DNA of 64,000 bases. Origin: Callorhinchus milii. Lineage: Eukaryota. Numbering within the stretch: the first letter of the stretch is position 1; every line of letters begins with the position of its first letter. Of the stretch, positions 9,901-23,897 are shown piece by piece. The notes beneath the pieces are model-generated. The model was given only the letters and a program-made list of their open reading frames with translations, was not told the DNA's origin and searched no databases. The position numbers and the translations under genes were made by a program. The stretch is taken from positions 18,292,001 through 18,356,000 of the forward strand of contig NW_024704742.1 in the NCBI RefSeq assembly GCF_018977255.1, read 5' to 3'.

Positions 9901-12310
9901 AGCCTGAGTGTGAGAGCCTGAGTGTGAGAGAGAGACTGAGTGTGAGAGACTGAGTGTGAGAGAGACTGAGTGTGAGAGACTGAGTGTGAGAGAGACTGAG
10001 TGTGTGAGAGAGACTGAGTGTGAGAGAGAGACTGAGTGTGAGAGTGAGAGAGACTGAGTGTGAGACAGAGAGTGAGACTGAGTGTGAGAGAGACTGAGTG
10101 TGTGAGAGAGACTGAGTGTGAGAGACTGAGTGTGAGAGAGACTGAGTGTGAAAGAATGAGTGTGTGAGAGAGACTGAGTGTGAGAGAGAGACTGAGTGTG
10201 TGTGAGAGAGACTGAGTGTGAGAGAGACTGAGTGTGAGAGACTGAGTGTGAGAGAGACTGAGTGTGAGAGACTGAGTGTGAGAGACTGAGTGTGAGAGAG
10301 ACTGAGTGTGAGAGAGACTGAGTGTGTGAGAGAGACTGAGTGTGAGAGACTGAGTGTGAGAGAGACTGAGTGTGAGAGAGACTGAGTGTGTGAGAGAGAC
10401 TGAGTGTGAGAGAGACTGAGTGTGTGAGAGAGACTGAGTGTGTGAGAGAGACTGAGTGTGTGAGAGAGACTGAGTGTGAGAGAGACTGAGTGTGTGAGAG
10501 ACTGAGTGTGTGTGAGAGAGAGTGAGTGTGAGAGACTGAGTGTGAGAGAGACCAAGTGTGAGAGACTGAGTGTGTGAGAGAGACTGAGTGTGTGAGAGAG
10601 ACTGAGTGTGTGAGAGAGACTGAGTGTGTGTGAGAGACTGAGTGTGTGAGAGAGACTGAGTGTGAGAGAGACTGAGTGTGAGAGAGACTGAGTGTGTGAG
10701 AGAGACTGAGTGTGTGAGAGAGACTGAGTGTGTGAGAGAGACTGAGAGTGTGTGAGAGAGAGACTGAGAGTGTGTGAGAGAGAGAGACTGAGAGAGAGTG
10801 TGAGAGAGACTGAGAGAGAGTGTGAGAGAGACTGAGAGAGAGTGTGAGAGAGACTGAGAGTGTGTGAGAGAGACTGAGTGTGTGAGAGAGACTGAGAGAG
10901 TGAGAGAGAGTGTGAGAGAGACTGAGAGTGTGAGAGAGACTGAGAGTGTGAGAGAGACTGAGTGTGAGAGAGACTGAGAGTGTGTGTGAGAGAGACTGAG
11001 TGTGTACGAGAGAGACTGAGTGTGTACGAGAGAGAGACTGAGTGTGTACGAGAGAGACCGAGTGTGTACGAGAGAGACTGAGTGTGTACGAGAGAGAGAC
11101 TGAGTGTGTACGAGAGAGACTGAGTGTGTACGAGAGAGAGACTGAGTGTGTACGAGAGAGACCGAGTGTGTACGAGAGAGAGACTGAGTGTGTAACGAGA
11201 GAGACCGAGTGTGTACGAGAGAGAGACTGAGTGTGTACGAGAGAGACTGAGTGTGTACGAGAGAGAGACTGAGTGTGTACGAGAGAGAGACTGAGTGTGT
11301 GAGAGAGAGACTGAGTGTGTACGAGAGAGACTGAGTGTGAGAGAGACCAAGTGTGAGAGACTGAGTGTGTGAGAGAGACTGAGTGTGTGAGAGACTGAGT
11401 GCGTGAGACAGAGTGTGAGAGAGTGTGAGTGTGTGAGAGAGACTGTGTGTGAGAGCGTGTGAGTGTGAGACCGAGTGTGAGAGAGACTGAGAGTGTGAGA
11501 GACTGAGTGTGTGAGAGAGACTGAGTGTGTGAGAGAGACTGAGTGTGAGAGACTGAGTGTGTGAGAGAGACTGAGTGTGAGAGAGAGACTGAGTGTGAGA
11601 GAGACTGAGTGTGTGAGAGAGACTGAGTGTGAGAGACTGAGTGTGTGAGAGAGACTGAGTGTGAGAGAGACTGAGTGTGAGAGAGAGAGACTGAGTGTGA
11701 GAGAGACTGAGAGAGAGAGACTGAGTGTGAGAGACTGAGTGTGAGAGAGAGAGACTGAGTGTGAGAGAGACTGAGTGTGAGAGAGAGACTGAGTGTGAGA
11801 GAGAGACTGAGTGTGTGAGAGAGAGACTGAGTGTGAGAGACTGAGTGTGAGAGACTGAGTGTGAGAGAGACGAAGTGTGTGAGAGAAACTGACTGTGTGA
11901 GAGAGACTGAGTGTGTGAGAGAGACTGAGTGTGAGAGAAACTGAGTGTGTGAGAGAGACTGAGTGTGAGAGAAACTGAGTGTGTGAGAGAGACTGAGTGT
12001 GTGAGAGAGAAGAGATAGAAGGTGTGAGACTCGGGGAGTGTGTGAGAGAAAGACAGACAGATGCACCCACACAGAGTGTGAGAGTGTGAGTTTGAGAGAG
12101 TCTGCGTGTGAGATAGACAGTGTGTGTGAGAGAGGAACTGAGTGTGACAGGGAAATGGACTGAGTGTGAGAGACACCGAGAGAAATGGGGTGAGAGAGAT
12201 AATGAAAAAGAGTGTGTGTGAGAGAGAGAGAGAATATCTGTGCGTGAGAGTTGAGAGAGATAGAGATGGACTAATGATTGACTGATGGACCCTCAGAGAG
12301 AGAGAGAGAG
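9901..12310. repeat. Complex GA/GT satellite, unit CTGA(GT)n(GA)n, ~14-22 bp
   Basis: Seen directly; degenerates after ~12000. Confidence 0.97.
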
Positions 12311-13496
12311 ATTGAAAGACAGAACCTGGCGACTGGAGAAAAATAAATGCCCTGTTCCAATAACATGAGTGTTTGGTTTTCGACCCAAAATACAGTACAG
12401 TATTGCATGTTAAGGGTTTTAGTTTCAGTGCTGCCTATATTTGTAAAGTCTTATTTTCCTCTCCTCTTTTGCAGTGCTGCAGGTTGTATTGATTCTCAGT
12501 TAGACCACTAGATGAAGCTGTCTGCAAAGACAAATCCTTTACTCTGGGAGGCAAGTTAGAAGGAGACCCATCAACTTTCTTCAACCTAAGTGCACCTCAT
12601 TATGCCTGGCCACTGGCTGGGTTTTTTTTTCGTCTGCATTCACTAAATTCTTTGGGTTTTTTTTTGGATGTCAGGCTGATTATTGTATGAGGGATGAAAG
12701 GGGTTTTGAACCATATTCTGAATTGTTCACTTGTTCACCCACTGGTGAAGAGTGGGTGTAAGGAGTTCAGTAAATAATAATCCTTGTATTTGGTAGAAGA
12801 CATTTTACAATGGAAAGATGTCTCAGAGAGCTTCCGAGGATTTATTGTGAATTGGAGTGACTGTATTTGTAAGAAAACTCGGAAGCCCATTTCACACAGC
12901 AAAATTCAACAAATAACTATATTCTCTAAGATGAGAAATTTGAATACTTGCATTGCAAAAATATCCATCCTTCAAACAGGCTTGTGATCCACAGAACTGT
13001 AGACTGGTCACATCATGTTTTAAATTATATATTAGATAAACTAATGAAGAAAAAGTCTGCACAGAATTCTTCACGTTTTGAGGAAAATGTGCAACAATTG
13101 TTGTGGTGCCTGAAGTTCACTACAGGTGACTGCAAGAGCAAGAGAATATCATAAACATTCTTGCATTTGATATTGTGCCTTTCACATCATGAGAATGTAT
13201 CAAAGCATTTTCCGATTTACACTAAATTGTAGCGTCTTGTGTATTTTATAAGCAAATGCCTTAGTAATATCGTTGCCATAAATATTGTGGAATCATAGTC
13301 AATGCCTATCAAGTTATTTTTAACTGGGTACAAATTGTACAGATAAGATTCCTTCTTGTGCTTCTGTAGGAGAAGCAAAATATCTTTGAGTAAACTTAAG
13401 TTTTAGAGGAAGTAAAATGCTTTTTTAATTGTATTTTAGTGGATTACAACCTGTGCCATGCAGCACTATGTTCCTAAAGCTGCAGTAAAACAGTAA

Positions 13497-13745
13497 GTAG
13501 GGTGAAACCTTGGGCAAGTTTCCTTACTCCACTCACCTAATAATAATCCCTCCAAAACAAAACAATAATAAATTGGTAATTTTCAATCCACGACTGTTTG
13601 TGGGACACTATTGTGCGCAATTGGCTGCCTCGTTTCGCCCACAAATATACAGCCAACTCACTTTACAGTCTATTCTGTGAAGCGCTTTGAGACATCGAGA
13701 AGACGTAAAAAGCACTATATCAAATGCAAGGATTATTATTATTAT
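13497..13745 (+). mobile_element. Same SINE, headless short variant
   Basis: Near-identical to 38740-38983. Confidence 0.9.
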
Positions 13746-13752
13746 ATTATAA

Positions 13753-13766
13753 GTAACCATAGCAAC
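13753..13766. promoter_or_regulatory. Consensus RFX X-box GTAACCATAGCAAC
   Basis: Exact match to GTNRCC-NN-RGYAAC, about 4 kb upstream of the putative MAP9 TSS. Confidence 0.4.
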
Positions 13767-14496
13767 AATGTAATCTAAAACCATATAAATGACTGTAGCT
13801 TGTATTGTCTGGACATAGCCCGGTGAGCACACAACTGTTTGTATTTTGTCAATGCAACTATCGGTGCGGATACTGAACCTAACATTAGAGGGCATTTGAG
13901 TTCATCATTTTTGTATTTTTTTTAGCTGTAATAAAAAGTACTGAGAACTGGGAGCTCGATGAATCACAGTTGAGAGTATAAGAACATGTATTATTAGAGC
14001 AAGTAATATTAATAAACACCAACAACAACAAAATTACATTTGTATAGTGCCTTTCACGTCGGGAGGACGTCCCAATTAATTCTTGCATTTGAGCGCCTTG
14101 TCACATCAAAACATTGCAAAGTTCTTCATAGTAGCAACTATGTAGGCAAATATGACATCCAATTTTCATACAACAGTGTTCCACTAACAGGCAGGGGACG
14201 AATGGCCAATTCAACTATTATCAACGACACTGGGAGAATCTCCCATCTCTTTTTGGATAGTATCATGCATGGATTGTGTCAACATTCACCTGACCCGAAT
14301 CTTGGTTTAACAGCGCTCCCTCAATTCTGCACTGGAAGGTCAGCTTAGATCGATTAGCTTAAAGTTCCTGACCCAGGACTTGAATGTACAATTTTCTGAC
14401 CCAGAGACAAAAAGTGCTGCCAACTGAGCCAGAAGGACATGTATAATTGCTATTGAGTGTTGTGACTGTGTTTCTGTAGACAATCTCAGTAAACAT

Positions 14497-14822
14497 TACA
14501 TTAGAATATACAGCACAGAAACAGGCCATTCGGCCCAACTGGTCTATGCAGGTGTTCATGTTCCACATGAGCCTCCTCCTGCCCTTCCTCAACTAAGCCT
14601 TCAAGCGTAACCTCTATTCCTTTCTCCCTCATGTACCTATCTAGCTTTCCCTTAAATACATCTATGCTATTTGCTTCAACAACTTCTTGTGGTAGCATGT
14701 TCTACATTCCCATTACTCTTTGTGTGAAGAAATTTCTTCTAACTTCCCTATTTGATCTATTTATGAGTATTTAATATTGATGGCCCCTGGTTTTGGTCTT
14801 CTCCACAAGTGGAAACATCTTC
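14497..14822 (-). mobile_element. CR1 3' fragment
   Basis: LPQEVVEANSIDVFKGKLDRYM C-terminus and 3'UTR gggccgaatggcctgtttctgtgctg. Confidence 0.85.
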
Positions 14823-17800
14823 CCTAAACAATGAGAAGGAAGTTCAAAAGTAAATTGCAGCTAACAATATAGAATCCAAAGCAAGCTTTCAGTTTGTTTG
14901 CAAAAAGATAAGAGATTTGGATAAAAAGACTTTGATCGATTTCATCTCATTCTTGCAGAATTAACTATACTTTCATCCAATTAACCTAATTAATCCAGCA
15001 AGCTGTTACTTAATTATCCAATTTTCTTTCCTCAACCATCCTTTCTGATCATCTGTTCCAGCAGTCACTTGATCTCAATTTAAGAAACATTTCCCAGCAT
15101 CTTTACTGAACTCATGCTCTTTTATCTCACTCCCTTGGCAGATTCAGAAATATTTTGCCCTCTTTGTCATTTTATGTACTCTGTAATGTTCTGAATAATC
15201 CTATTTCTTGGTTAGTCCTTGGGATGTCTTTCTGATGTGAAGGGCTCTATACAAGTGTAATTTGCTGTTGTTTTAATCACATCCCTATGGATGATGCAAT
15301 TTTGTCTCAATTTCCTTTGAAAATACTATTTCTGTTGATGACTCAATAGATCTCATGGGGTGTGAGAATGACAAATACCTCAAATGGGATTCAGTCCTCA
15401 ATGATTTCACGAAACCTTCAAGCATATATCGATAACCAAATACTTGTTTTAACAGTGGAATATTATTTTAGCAGCCAGGTAGCATTTAAAATAAAGTGTG
15501 GGAATTGTGTTGAACCTCGGCTGATAGTTCACTTCTGTAGCTTGGTTTTGTTGGTTAGCCCTCCTGAGAGGGAACATTTTGTGATGATGGATAGTACTTT
15601 ATTGGGGTAGGGGGAATATAAAAGGCGCTCAGGGATGACATTATAAACATCAACATTTATAGCTTTAAGCTATTTTTGGTCTACTATCAAGTGGTTATAA
15701 GCAGTCCAAACTATAACATCCTCTTCTGCAAATAAAAGAAAACAATGTGGTGACCACCAAGTGAGAATTCAGCATGGAAACACTGGTAAACCTGAAGTGG
15801 TAAATATTTTCTTTGTTCAAAAGACCTTAACATTATGTGGAGTGAACTATCCAGGGCCTGGGTTTATGTCACCAATTTCAAGAAGGTCTTTGTATGGTCT
15901 CAGCTTCAGATGTGCCAAAGCATTCCTTCCTCCAATAATCCTCTGAGTTATAACACTTCTTCCAATCTTTCACTGAACTCTTCCAGTGGAAATCCTGAGT
16001 TTATGCTCCCTTATTACTGATTCATCATCATAAACAACAATAAATTAGATTTATATTTTGCCTTTCACATCGGGAGGACATCCCAAGGCACTGGACAGTC
16101 AAGGATTTGCACCCACCAGGAATAGCAAATATTTTCAGAATTGTTTTCTCTGTTCCCATGAAATAGATCCAATTTGTCAAGCTGTTCTAATAACTATAAT
16201 CCTTAACTCTAATGTTATCCAACGCTCCTAGATGCTATCAAGCATGAAGGGCACTATATAATTGCAAGCAGTTGTGTGCCTATACTTTACCCTTTTTATT
16301 GGCTCTGATATTTTACCTAATGTAATGGAATCTGTAGTCTATGACATAACCAACATCTTATAACTTATTACCTTCAATCTATTGAGCGGTATGGAAGGGA
16401 GTAGTGTAGAATATTTGTTTCATTTTGGAACTGGCCACATAATGATCGTTTCCACTCAGTGTTTTCTTATGTTCTAATGTTGTTAAAACATAAAGTATTT
16501 TAATATCTTGAGAAATATTTGCATCATTGGTTATTATTGACTTTTGCAAGGTAAGCAATAAGATACGTTTTTGTTGTAAGCGCTCTGAGCCTCCACACTG
16601 AGTGAGGGGCACTATTTAAATGTAGATGTTGTTTACATTTGACATTCATAAAGCTTCAAATAAAGTGCTTTTGGTATTTTGGAAAAGTAATTTGTGCAAT
16701 GGATGTGTTGAAGACTGAACTATGTGTATTACACTGTAGTCAATGGTCAGCTACATGTAGACAAGAAATAGGTACAAATAATAATTTAACAGTGGAGCAA
16801 TGTATATTAGGGAAGTGTTTATTGTCCTATTTTACCTCTGCCACAAAATGGGAATGGGGATTATTACCACTGAAATGCACTGTTATGCTCACACAGATCA
16901 GCCAACAGTTTGTATGAAACTTAGTGCTATATGAATTTCTATTGCACTATCCCTTACTTTTGCTCCAGAAAAGAAAGCTTAGCTAAAATGTATTGCCCTA
17001 TTTAAATCACTAGCCACACATCTCACTATTGTGAAGGTAATATAGCTGTATTTAGTACTATTTTGTTCCACTGTCACCATTTCATTGCCGCCAGATACAT
17101 TCTCTGGCATATCATGCTCTGCACTGTCTTTACTTCTTCCTCATCCATCCAGGAATCCAGTGCTATTGAACCTGTTAAATATATTCACTGCAACATTGCC
17201 TTCTGAGGCTGTGATCATTACTGAGGCTTCAAGGAACTTCTGGCACACAGGCAAGCTTCCATTCTTTCCACTTCTGCTATTTAGTTCAATCACAAACTAC
17301 TGCTCCGTTCCCCTTCTAGAATCTGGAAGTACAAAGTCCCCGAGGTTTGTACTAAAAACAATCTTATCATCACAAGTTAAGTTGACTGACATGTCAACAA
17401 AGTTAGTGTAGTTCACCCCCCACCAAAAAAAAGTCACATTTAAGCTTTCACCTTCAGAAGTCATTCATACAGGAAAAATTATATGCTCAAGGTCATTCTC
17501 AGTTTGGCTTCTTTGGTTCCAAGTTCCCCCGTCTTCAGATTCATATTTCTTAATACTGCTGGGTGACTTTTTCCCTCCTTCCTTCCATTTCAGGGCATTG
17601 AGGCCAATTGTAACACTGTCGTCTGGATGAGATTAATTTATACAGCACACACCTGGGATTGAACGTGGGACCTCACAACTCTGTATAGCTCAGTTGAATG
17701 TCTCAACTTCAGCACGAGAGGGGGATGGAGTCTGTACAGGTATTTTTTTAACAATTATTTGCAAAGTCCTCCGGAATTTTTCATAGATGACATTCCAATG

Positions 17801-19204
17801 CAGAGCTGCAAGTGTGCAGACATTTCAGGGGTGCTGTCCTTCAGATGAAACATTTAAATGAGGTCCCGATCTGCCTGCTCAGGTTAAAGATCTATATCAC
17901 TATTCAAAAGAGAAGGGAGTTTCCCTAGTGTCTTGGCCAGCAAATCTCCAGATGACACGATTGGTTTGGATGAAGAAGGCACTTTGTCCCATTTGACAGC
18001 ATCCAGAATACCCATCACAGTGTCGAGCGATTTTTCAAATGAATCCAGCATCCTAACCTCAATCGTCCTTCCTGTTTCCCCATTGCAAAACTAAATACTT
18101 CCTGAAATCTGTTGAGAAACTGCCCTTTGAGGCTCCAACCCTGTGACCTCTTGTTCTACGGTTTTGGTCTTAACCGATGTGAAAGGTGCTACGAAAATGT
18201 AAACTTGTATTATATTGGTGCTTCCTAAAGCAATATAATACAATACAAATTTTATTTTTCTCAATCCCACTTAACATTTGATATACCTCTATAAGGTGCT
18301 CTCTTTGAGTCATCTTTCAAAACTGAGGATCCCTAGCTTGTCTTATCAATACTCATAGCCCATTTCCTTAAACACTGGAGATCATCCTCGTTGTCTCTCA
18401 GCCCTGAGCAGCCCACTTGTGTCATGATAAAAACTGGTCATTTAATTCACTGCTGTTTGTCGGACATTTTGGTGACAGTTGTCTAAAAATGCACATTTTA
18501 TACTTTATGCGACAACATGATATCAAATATCAAATGCAAGCATTCTTTTGTATCTTCAAGCCTCAGAGGTGACTGAAACTGATGTACAGCTAAGTAGCAC
18601 ATCATCTATTCATACTGAAATTTGAATAGCAATATAGATGTAAATATAAAGCAAATTGTACCTACAATATAACTGGGGTCGAACCTGTAGCATCTATTAC
18701 TTGTTTGCCTTGTGGTGTGCTGAAATAGTCACTCAGTAATTACTACGCAGTAATAGTCAAATACCAGAGCTACTGTCATTATCATATATAATCATAATCT
18801 TTGTTATCTGTTGTTGAAAAACTCTTTTAAAAATAAACACTGTAACAATTGTTAAGCAAGAGTAGGATTCGAATGGAAAGGGCAATACTAATCTGGTTGA
18901 GGTACTCTTAAACACACTTTGTCGTCTTCCATCAATTCCCAACAGAAAACATTCTAAGCTTCAATTTTTGCAAATATTTATCTGCACATTCTCCGATCAT
19001 TCAACAGGCTTCCATTTTGAAAATAATGAATTATAAATGTGTTCATTGGATTGATTACACAAATGTAATTTTGTTGTTTGTTGTTGATTATGCTCACTAA
19101 ACACATTCAGCAGTTAACTAGCAGAGCTAAACTTTCCAATCTTGTTGTGCATTTTAACTTTCATAAAAAGCCACACTGTCCTTTCTGATTTCCCTTTGAT
19201 CCAC

Positions 19205-19345
19205 CTATCGTATCATAGCACAGAAGGATGTCGTTCGGCCTATCGTGTCTGTGCTGGCTCTTTGAAAAGAACTATCCAAATCAATCCCATTCCCTACTCT
19301 CTCCCCATAGCCCTCCAAACTTGTCCTCCCCAAATAATTATCTAA
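19205..19345 (-). mobile_element. CR1 3'UTR fragment
   Basis: Matches the 3'UTR of the CR1 at 57077-57230. Confidence 0.8.
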
Positions 19346-19831
19346 ATTCGATTTGATTGGCTGTGCAGTGCAATAAACCACAAATGTGTTTTGCACTTAT
19401 GCTAAACGTTATCCGCTAGCAACCTAACAACCTGACGAGAATAATAAATGAGCTGGAATTACCAACCACTCATCAATCACTGAAAATTCCTAAAATGATA
19501 CTGTTTGAATGTAATTGATAGATAAAAAAAGTCCTATCTTGAGTCTGTTTTATAAGCACTTGCAGAATTCCATAAAAGGAGAATTTGCACATGTTGTCTT
19601 GTTCTTTAAAACAGAGCCCTAACAGTGTCAACTGCAGATTATCATTTTAACCTGAAACAATTTGAACTGAAATAATTAAATCAGCCATACTTCTCAATCG
19701 TCCAAATGTATAGAGAAGCTCTGGTTCTGGTATTTCAAACCGTATGCATTGAATTGCAAGTACAAAATAAATTTTAGAAAATTAAAAAAAAGTAAACATC
19801 TTAAAATGAATTGTGGGATAGGCACAGTCTT

Positions 19832-20080
19832 TGAAGGGCAAAACCCTAGGCAAGTTTCCTTACTCCACACACCTCTGTTCACCTAGCAGTAAGAATACAG
19901 TTATTTGTCGATTGGCAGATGGCTTTCCGGAAGTGATAATCCCTTCAAAATAAATAAATGAATTAATTAATAATAATAATTTGCTCACTCAATCCGCGAC
20001 TGTTCGAGGAAAACTGCTGTGTGTGATTGGCTGTTGCATTTCGTCTACAAAATATACAGTCAATTAACTTTACATATTCT
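19832..20080 (+). mobile_element. Same SINE, long variant, partial
   Basis: Contains the ctctgttcacctagcagtaag...gtcgattggcagat segment. Confidence 0.8.
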
Positions 20081-21185
20081 CTAGCTGAGTTCAGTTCTCT
20101 CCAGCCAATGTTTTTTTTCTGTTTTGAATATGAAATTCAAATTTTTTTTACAAAGAATGTAAACAGGCAACTCAGCCCAAACAGTCCGTATCAGTATCTA
20201 TACTCCACACAAATTATAAATATGACTGTTTGCGTAAATATAAATGTCTCCCATTATTCCATATTTTGCTTACTCAAATTGGTTCCTTCTTTAAGGACAT
20301 TTTCTTGTTGAGACTTATTTTATTTCCTGTCTTTTCCTGTTCAGAATGATTTCTCTATTGTTTCTCCCATCAATTGCTTTTGAGAATAGATCTTCTGTTG
20401 TCACAATATTTTAGCCCAGACTGCAAGAGTGAGAGTCTCGTGAGGCTTTTGGCTTGATATTTTTATGCCTCATATCAGTTCTTCCTGGCCATTGTTTCAT
20501 AGCACAAACTGACAATAATTTAGCACTAACTTGACAATCTCATTCAAAGCAACAACACAATGATTACAGTGGGGAATACAACCTTTGTTTAGTTAGGGAC
20601 AGACACTGGAGCCTAAGGCACATGTTTTTGAATTGGGGAGGAAGCTTTGTTCAGTGTATAAGTAGGCTATTATTTAGCCTACTAAATAATTCTGAGTATG
20701 TTTGATGCTAATACCTGTACTAAGTGACCAAAATGAGAAATTCAATAATGAGAATAATGAGAAATTATTCAATTTCTCGTTACTAACATCTTTCACATTG
20801 ATAAGCACCAAAAAGTTTTTAAAATATAATGTGAACTGACACTACATGAGCTTGCTTTACAGCCTCATAACTCTGCTTTACAGCCTCATAACTCTGAAAA
20901 CATAAATTAATGACCAAGAGATATTGTTAAGAAGATTGCTCACTAGATTTTTATCTCCTCTGAAAACCTCATTAACGTTTTGAGAATAATGTTTCAAAGG
21001 ATAATGAGAAAGAATTAAATTAGTGCTAACCTTCCCCTGAAATTTTCGTGCAGCATATAACGTAATGCAATTTTACGTATCTTACTTCCAAGAAACAGAC
21101 TTGAAAACCCTTCAGGGTTTCAGTTGGAATATATTGATACAATTTAGTTTGTATACACAACAGGAGACTCGTGCTTTACAGTGAA

Positions 21186-21514
21186 CATAATAATAATAAT
21201 CCTTACCTTTGATATTGCGCTTTCACGTCTTCTAGACGTCTCAAAGCACTTCACAGAATAGACTGTAAAGTGAATTGACTGTACATTTTTGGGCAAAATC
21301 AGCAGCCAATTGCGCACAGCAGTGTCCCACAAACAGTCTGGATTGAAATGGCCGATGCATTATTTTTTTGAGAGAGATTATTATCAGGCGTGTGGATAAT
21401 AACACACGCCTGATAATAATCAGGAAACTTGCCCAAGGTTTCACCCTGCCGGGAATTGAACCCAGATCTCTTGCTTGCAAAACAAGTGCTCTAACCACTG
21501 AGCTACAGAACTCC
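21186..21514 (-). mobile_element. Same SINE, full length, with an internal fold-back insertion
   Basis: Reverse complement of the family consensus. Confidence 0.9.
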
Positions 21515-23411
21515 ACTACATTGGATAGTATATTGAATATAAATGCAATGAACTAATATCGTAATGTTCCTTTGAATACATACCCCTTCCAAAGAAATAT
21601 AATACTTAAAATTCCATCGGAGCCTATATCACCATTTTATGTAAAGATTGAAGATCATGCAAAATAATGGAAAATTTTTAAATTTTAAACTTGCCTGAAT
21701 TTGCAAGCCAGTTTCTTTTTAAGAACTACAGAAAACTAGCTTGCAAATTGAGATTGAATTTGAAACTTTCCCACAACTCTGTGCAATCTTAATTTTTAAA
21801 ACAAAATGATCAGATTAAGAACAGCTGGAATTTTGAGCCTGGAATGCACAATTTTGTCAACTTTCCTAATTGACTGGTGATAGCTTTTCAGGATTCCAGC
21901 TTAGATTGAGGTCGTTTTAATTTGATCCTAAACTCCTGTGCTTGGTGTAAGACTGATCAGTTGGCTAATTTGTGAAGGCAATGACTCACAGGTATGTTAT
22001 ATCATACAGATCACGCACTTGTAACAATTGATTAAAGAAACCATCAGAGGGAAAGATATTCCATTAGTGGAACTGCAGGATTTTAACCGAAAACTCGAGC
22101 CAGGACATGACCAGTGCTGTTACCTCTCCCATCAGGGAATGTAAGGGGTGACATATCACTGCCATCAGCTGAATTGTATTCTGCACTTCCTCTGTCAATT
22201 GTGTTTTGGTGTGTTAATGATAATGTCAGTGGACATAGATTAGACTAACTCATTGCCCTTGATGAGCAATCCTTTATTCACTTGCTTAACATTGAATGCT
22301 GGCTTCTTGGCATGTGCCCACTTGAGTCCTGCCAACACCACTGTGGGAACCTGAGGTGTGAGTCACACATGAAACCACAATGTCAATTGAAAAAGTCATA
22401 CCGAATAAACTTCAATGACTGTTCTAATTTTAATGGGCAAGATTGCAGTTCTCTTCCTCTTCAAATCTTCAGACGCTTTGTGATTCTTCACTCCAAACAC
22501 AATAAAAAGCAACTTAAAAGTAGTAATTTGTCAGACAGACACTGCATGCCTTCCCCTCGGAGAAATATTTGCAGATATTATAGAGACATTATAGACATTA
22601 TATATACCTCACTGGTGTGTAAACTACCAACCTTGGTTTGAGATTCTAATGGGTCAACTAACTGGCCAGCAAAGAATAAGATGTGGTCCTCACCAACCAA
22701 TTTACCAACCAGGGATGAACCAGATGGGATTTCCTGTCAAGATTAGTAAACTTAGTGACAACTGAAATATTGCCTAATCTTGCGTTTTAAGGAAACGTTC
22801 TTTCTGCTTGTCCTCCTAGATAAAGTATGCACAGTGATGTATTCATTGTGTGACAACTGTGCACTATAACAAGATACCACGCAGTCCTTTGCCAGTGCGT
22901 TAAACAAAGATTAACATAGCACTCTGCAATGTGGCAGAGTGCATGAATTCCAAGTGCTTGAATTCCAACCAGCTACTCTTGCCAGTTTAAGTCACTTGTT
23001 TGCTGCAAAAGGAATGCTCTTGTTTCCATCTGCCACTCTTCTGAAAAAAAGTTGAGTTTTTTTTGTCTAACAGCAAGAAGGCTTGAGTATCAACAGAGTC
23101 TCATAAAATAATACATTTGGCTTGCTGTGATAAAGCCATCCATCTCCGGTAAAACTTTATTGTTGCTGCTTGAAACATGCATCTTTACCGTTGTGCCTGT
23201 TGGAGTGATGTTCCTGTACAATTTTAATGATGCATTTTTGTTCCCTCCAGATATAACAACTTGGAACATTTGACAAGTGCACCTATTCCGACAGCTGTTT
23301 ATATGTTTCGGTTTGTGCCAACAAACTACTTAATGTTTCCCGCACCTTGAATATTGCACACAGTTCTGGTCACCACAACATAAGGGGGTCATGCAGAGCA
23401 GAACAACGAAA

Positions 23412-23890
23412 ACAACAATCACAAGACTACATTTGTATAGCGCTTTTCACGTCGGGAGGACGTCCCAAGGCGCTGGACAGGGTACAGCATTTCAGAACCG
23501 AGCTGGGGTTGGGGAGGGAAGGGAGGGGAAGGGGGGTGGCCGATGGCATGGTCGAAGAGGAGGGTCTTGAGGCGGGACTTGAAGGAGGCTAAGGAGGGGG
23601 CGAGGCGGAGTGATTGGGGGATGGAATTTCAGAGGTTGGGGGCAGAGTGGCTGAAGGCTCTCCCGCCAATGGTGGAGCAGGTGGGTCGGGGGACCTGGAG
23701 CAGGCCAAAGCTGGCTAAGCGGAGGTAACGGGCGGGTTGGTAGGGGGTTGGGGGGTTAGTAATTGCAGAGGTAGAGTGGGGCGAGGCCATGGAAAGCTTT
23801 GTATGCGAGGACCAGGATCTTGAACTGGATCCTCTGAAGGATAGGGAGCCAGTGGAGTCGTGCGAGAGTGGGGGAGATGGGGTCACGGAC
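23412..23890 (-). mobile_element. L2 3' fragment
   Basis: LHWLPILQRIQFKILVLAYKAFHGLAPLYL and GGRAFSHSAP motifs; L2 stem-loop tail. Confidence 0.9.
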
Positions 23891-23897
23891 AATGATC

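Noticed and set aside
9372..12176. 934-, 736- and 729-aa S/H/T/L-rich ORFs
   Set aside because: Translations of the satellite, open in all three minus frames because the repeat lacks stops
20854..20896. 21-bp tandem duplication gctttacagcctcataactct
   Set aside because: Ordinary slippage duplication with no further structure
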